A DNA stretch of 64,000 bases. Source: Macrostomum hystrix. Its lineage: Eukaryota; Animalia; Platyhelminthes. This document shows positions 58,845-64,000 of this stretch, piece after piece (positions within the stretch are counted from its first letter, which is position 1; every line of letters begins with the position of its first letter). The DNA is taken from contig CATNEN010000038.1 of assembly GCA_950097015.1 (NCBI GenBank), forward strand, positions 17,794,001 through 17,858,000, read 5' to 3'. The position numbers and the translations under genes are program-made. The notes beneath the pieces are model-generated. The model saw only the letters and a list, made by a program, of their open reading frames with translations. It was not told where the DNA came from and did not search any database.

Positions 58845-61800
58845 AGATCCTCAGATTGTTCAGCCAATATCCCAGATCCTCTGCAGATTGTTCAGCCAAT
58901 ATCCCAGATCCTCAGATTGTTTAGCCAATATCCCAGATCCTCAGATTGTTTAGCCAATATCCCAGATCCTCAGATTGTTTAGCCAATATCCCAGATCCTC
59001 AGATTGTTCAGCCAATATCCCAGATCCTCAGATTGTTCAGCCAATATCCCAGATCCTCAGATTGTTTAGCCAATATCCCAGATCCTCAGATTGTTTAGCC
59101 AATATCCCAGATCCTCAGATTGTTTAGCCAATATCCCAGATCCTCAGATTGTTCAGCCAATATCCCAGATCCTCAGATTGTTCAGCCAATATCCCAGATC
59201 CTCAGATTGTTTAGCCAATATCCCAGATCCTCAGATTGTTTAGCCAATATCCCAGATCCTCAGATTGTTCAGCTAATATCCCAGATCCTCAGATTGTTCA
59301 GCCAATATCCCAGATCCTCTGCAGATTGTTCAGCCAATATCCCAGATCCTCAGATTGTTTAGCCAATATCCCAGATCCTCAGATTGTTTAGCCAATATCC
59401 CAGATCCTCAGATTGTTTAGCCAATATCCCAGATCCTCAGATTGTTCAGCCAATATCCCAGATCCTCAGATTGTTCAGCCAATATCCCAGATCCTCAGAT
59501 TGTTTAGCCAATATCCCAGATCCTCAGATTGTTTAGCCAATATCCCAGATCCTCAGATTGTTTAGCCAATATCCCAGATCCTCAGATTGTTCAGCCAATA
59601 TCCCAGATCCTCAGATTGTTCAGCTAATATCCCAGATCCTCAGATTGTTCAGCTAATATCCCAGATCCTCTGATTGTTAAGCCAATATCCCAGATCCTCA
59701 GATTGTTTAGCCAATATCCCAGATCTTTAGATTGTTTAGCCAATATCCCAGATCCTCAGATTGTTCAGCCAATATCCCAGATCCTCAGATTGTTCAGCCA
59801 ATATCCCAGATCCTCAGATTGTTCAGCCAATATCCCAGATCCTCAGATTGTTTAGCCAATATCCCAGATCCTCAGATTGTTCAGCTAATATCCCAGATCC
59901 TCAGATTGTTTAGCTAATATCCCAGATCCTCAGATTGTTTAGCCAATATCCCAGATCCTCAGATTGTTTAGCCAATATCCCAGATCCTCAGATTGTTCAG
60001 CTAATATCCCAGATCCTCAGATTGTTTAGCCAATATCCCAGATCCTCAGATTGTTCAGCTAATATCCCAGATCCTCAGATTGTTTAGCCAATATCCCAGA
60101 TCCTCAGATTGTTCAGCCAATATCCCAGATCCTCAGATTGTTTAGCCAATATCCCAGATCCTCAGATTGTTCAGCTAATATCCCAGATCCTCAGATTGTT
60201 TAGCCAATATCCCAGATCCTCAGATTGTTCAGCTAATATCCCAGATCCTCAGATTGTTTAGCTAATATCCCAGATCCTCAGATTGTTTAGCCAATATCCC
60301 AGATCCTCAGATTGTTTAGCCAATATCCCAGATCCTCAGATTGTTCAGCTAATATCCCAGATCCTCAGATTGTTTAGCCAATATCCCAGATCCTCAGATT
60401 GTTCAGCCAATATCCCAGATCCTCAGATTGTTCAGCCAATATCCCAGATCCTCAGATTGTTTAGCCAATATCCCAGATCCTCAGATTGTTCAGCTAATAT
60501 CCCAGATCCTCAGATTGTTTAGCCAATATCCCAGATCCTCAGATTGTTCAGCCAATATCCCAGATCCTCAGATTGTTCAGCCAATATCCCAGATCCTCAG
60601 ATTGTTTAGCCAATATCCCAGATCCTCAGATTGTTTAGCCAATATCCCAGATCCTCAGATTGTTCAGCTAATATCCCAGATCCTCAGATTGTTTAGCCAA
60701 TATCCCAGATCCTCAGATTGTTCAGCTAATATCCCAGATCCTCAGATTGTTTAGCCAATATCCCAGATCCTCAGATTGTTCAGCTAATATCCCAGATCCT
60801 CAGATTGTTTAGCCAATATCCCAGATCCTCAGATTGTTTAGCCAATATCCCAGATCCTCAGATTGTTCAGCTAATATCCCAGATCCTCAGATTGTTTAGC
60901 CAATATCCCAGATCCTCAGATTGTTCAGCTAATATCCCAGATCCTCAGATTGTTTAGCCAATATCCCAGATCCTCAGATTGTTCAGCCAATATCCCAGAT
61001 CCTCAGATTGTTTAGCCAATATCCCAGATCCTCAGATTGTTCAGCCAATATCCCAGATCCTCAGATTGTTCAGCTAATATCCCAGATCCTCTGATTGTTC
61101 AGCTAATATCCCAGATCCTCTGATTGTTCAGCTAATATCCCAGATCCTCTGATTGTTAAGCCAATATCCCAGATCCTCATATTGTTCAGCTAATATCCCA
61201 GATCCTCTGATTGTTCAGCTAATATCCCAGATCCTCATATTGTTCAGCTAATATCCCAGATCCTCATATTGTTAAGCCAATATCCCAGATCCTCAGATTG
61301 TTTAGCCAATATCCCAGATCCTCAGATTGTTCAGCCAATATCCCAGATCCTCATATTGTTAAGCCAATATCCCAGATCCTCAGATTGTTTAGCCAATATC
61401 CCAGATCCTCAGATTGTTCAGCCAATATCCCAGATCCTCAGATTGTTCAGCCAATATCCCAGATCCTCAGGTTGTTCAGCCAATATCCCAGATCCTCAGA
61501 TTGTTCAGCCAATATCCCAGATCCTCAGATTTTTCAGCTAATATCCCAGATCCTCAGATTGTTCAGCTAATATCCCAGATCCTCTGATTGTTAAGCCAAT
61601 ATCCCAGATCCTCAGATTGTTTAGCCAATATCCCAGATCCTCAGATTGTTCAGCCAATATCCCAGATCCTCAGATTGTTCAGCTAATATCCCAGATCCTC
61701 AGATTGTTCAGCTAATATCCCAGATCCTCTGATTGTTAAGCCAATATCCCAGATCCTCAGATTGTTTAGCCAATATCCCAGATCTTTAGATTGTTTAGCC

Positions 61801-63795
61801 AATATCCCAGATCCTCAGATTGTTCAGCCAATATCCCAGATCCTCAGATTGTTCAGCCAATATCCCAGATCCTCAGATTGTTCAGCCAATATCCCAGATC
61901 CTCAGATTGTTCAGCCAATATCCCAGATCCTCAGATTGTTTAGCCAATATCCCAGATCCTCAGATTGTTCAGCCAATATCCCAGATCCTCAGATTGTTCA
62001 GCCAATATCCCAGATCCTCAGATTGTTTAGCCAATATCCCAGATCCTCAGATTGTTCAGCTAATATCCCAGATCCTCAGATTGTTTAGCCAATATCCCAG
62101 ATCCTCAGATTGTTCAGCCAATATCCCAGATCCTCAGATTGTTCAGCCAATATCCCAGATCCTCAGATTGTTTAGCCAATATCCCAGATCCTCAGATTGT
62201 TTAGCCAATATCCCAGATCCTCAGATTGTTCAGCTAATATCCCAGATCCTCAGATTGTTTAGCCAATATCCCAGATCCTCAGATTGTTCAGCTAATATCC
62301 CAGATCCTCAGATTGTTTAGCCAATATCCCAGATCCTCAGATTGTTCAGCTAATATCCCAGATCCTCAGATTGTTTAGCCAATATCCCAGATCCTCAGAT
62401 TGTTTAGCCAATATCCCAGATCCTCAGATTGTTCAGCTAATATCCCAGATCCTCAGATTGTTTAGCCAATATCCCAGATCCTCAGATTGTTCAGCTAATA
62501 TCCCAGATCCTCAGATTGTTTAGCCAATATCCCAGATCCTCAGATTGTTCAGCCAATATCCCAGATCCTCAGATTGTTTAGCCAATATCCCAGATCCTCA
62601 GATTGTTCAGCCAATATCCCAGATCCTCAGATTGTTCAGCTAATATCCCAGATCCTCAGATTGTTCAGCTAATATCCCAGATCCTCTGATTGTTCAGCTA
62701 ATATCCCAGATCCTCTGATTGTTAAGCCAATATCCCAGATCCTCATATTGTTCAGCTAATATCCCAGATCCTCTGATTGTTCAGCTAATATCCCAGATCC
62801 TCATATTGTTCAGCTAATATCCCAGATCCTCATATTGTTAAGCCAATATCCCAGATCCTCAGATTGTTTAGCCAATATCCCAGATCCTCAGATTGTTCAG
62901 CCAATATCCCAGATCCTCATATTGTTAAGCCAATATCCCAGATCCTCAGATTGTTTAGCCAATATCCCAGATCCTCAGATTGTTCAGCCAATATCCCAGA
63001 TCCTCAGATTGTTCAGCCAATATCCCAGATCCTCAGGTTGTTCAGCCAATATCCCAGATCCTCAGATTGTTCAGCCAATATCCCAGATCCTCAGATTTTT
63101 CAGCTAATATCCCAGATCCTCAGATTGTTCAGCTAATATCCCAGATCCTCTGATTGTTAAGCCAATATCCCAGATCCTCAGATTGTTTAGCCAATATCCC
63201 AGATCCTCAGATTGTTCAGCCAATATCCCAGATCCTCAGATTGTTCAGCTAATATCCCAGATCCTCAGATTGTTCAGCTAATATCCCAGATCCTCTGATT
63301 GTTAAGCCAATATCCCAGATCCTCAGATTGTTTAGCCAATATCCCAGATCCTCAGATTGTTCAGCCAATATCCCAGATCCTCAGATTGTTCAGCCAATAT
63401 CCCAGATCCTCAGATTGTTCAGCCAATATCCCAGATCCTCAGATTGTTCAGCAAACTAACTCAGATCCTCAGATTGTTCAGCCAATATCCCAGATCCTCA
63501 GATTGTTCAGCCAATATCCCAGATCCTCAGATTGTTCAGCAAACTAACTCAGATCCTCAGATTGTTCAGCCAATATCCCAGATCCTCAGATTGTTCAGCC
63601 AATATCCCAGATCCTCAGATTGTTCAGCCAATATCCCAGATCCTCAGATTGTTCAGCAAACTAACTCAGATCCTCAGATTGTTCAGCAAACTAACTCAGA
63701 TCCTCAGATTGTTCAGCAAACTAACTCAGATCCTCAGATTGTTCAGCAAACTAACTCAGATCCTCAGATTGTTCAGCAAACTAACTCAGATCCTC
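58845..63795. repeat. ~5-kb 29-bp minisatellite (atcccagatcctcagattgttcagccaat) with a 1566-bp duplication and a 30-bp variant at the right edge
   Basis: About 170 units. Variant cctcaggttgtt at ~61471 and ~63037 (1566 = 54 x 29). Confidence 0.98.
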
Positions 63796-64000
63796 TTGTC
63801 TGGAAGTTTTTTGAGTCTTGATTTAAATCTATGCGTTAAGCTGCTGTAAATCACACATTGCTGTGGTGTATTTTTATCGTAAAAGTGCAGCCCACTTTTG
63901 TATTTTTTTTGCTTGGCCTCTTTGTCAAGAATTTACCATCCAATTGGCCTTGATTGGTTTTCGCCTCAATAAGCCGTTTACGAAAATGTAGCCATATTAT

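Overview
Eukaryotic (invertebrate) genomic DNA with spliced genes, poly-Q tracts and extremely minisatellite-rich introns. The style suggests a flatworm such as Macrostomum, but that is inference only. I reconstructed five host genes exon by exon with phase-consistent GT-AG introns: an unknown 2-exon gene (+), a THAP-domain transcription factor (-), the PKA type-I regulatory subunit (-), CCDC57 (+) and NEDD8-activating enzyme subunit NAE1 (+). The standout feature lies between the divergent PRKAR1 and CCDC57 genes: a complete ~8.75-kb Mutator-like (MULE) DNA transposon (20415-29167). It has foldback-type TIRs built from 10-bp tandem repeats and a perfect ~10-bp TSD. It encodes a PHD finger spliced in frame to a catalytically intact vertnin-like OTU cysteine-protease domain, followed across a one-base frame change (or a short intron) by a DDE MULE transposase. 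It also carries a convergent orphan ORF, a pre-miRNA-like hairpin and nested MITEs. The rest of the window holds several MITEs with recognisable TSDs, tRNA-derived SINEs and about 19 different tandem arrays, including a 13-kb 22-bp array with a 1122-bp higher-order repeat. Most long ORFs in the supplied track are repeat artefacts. All coordinates were read by hand.
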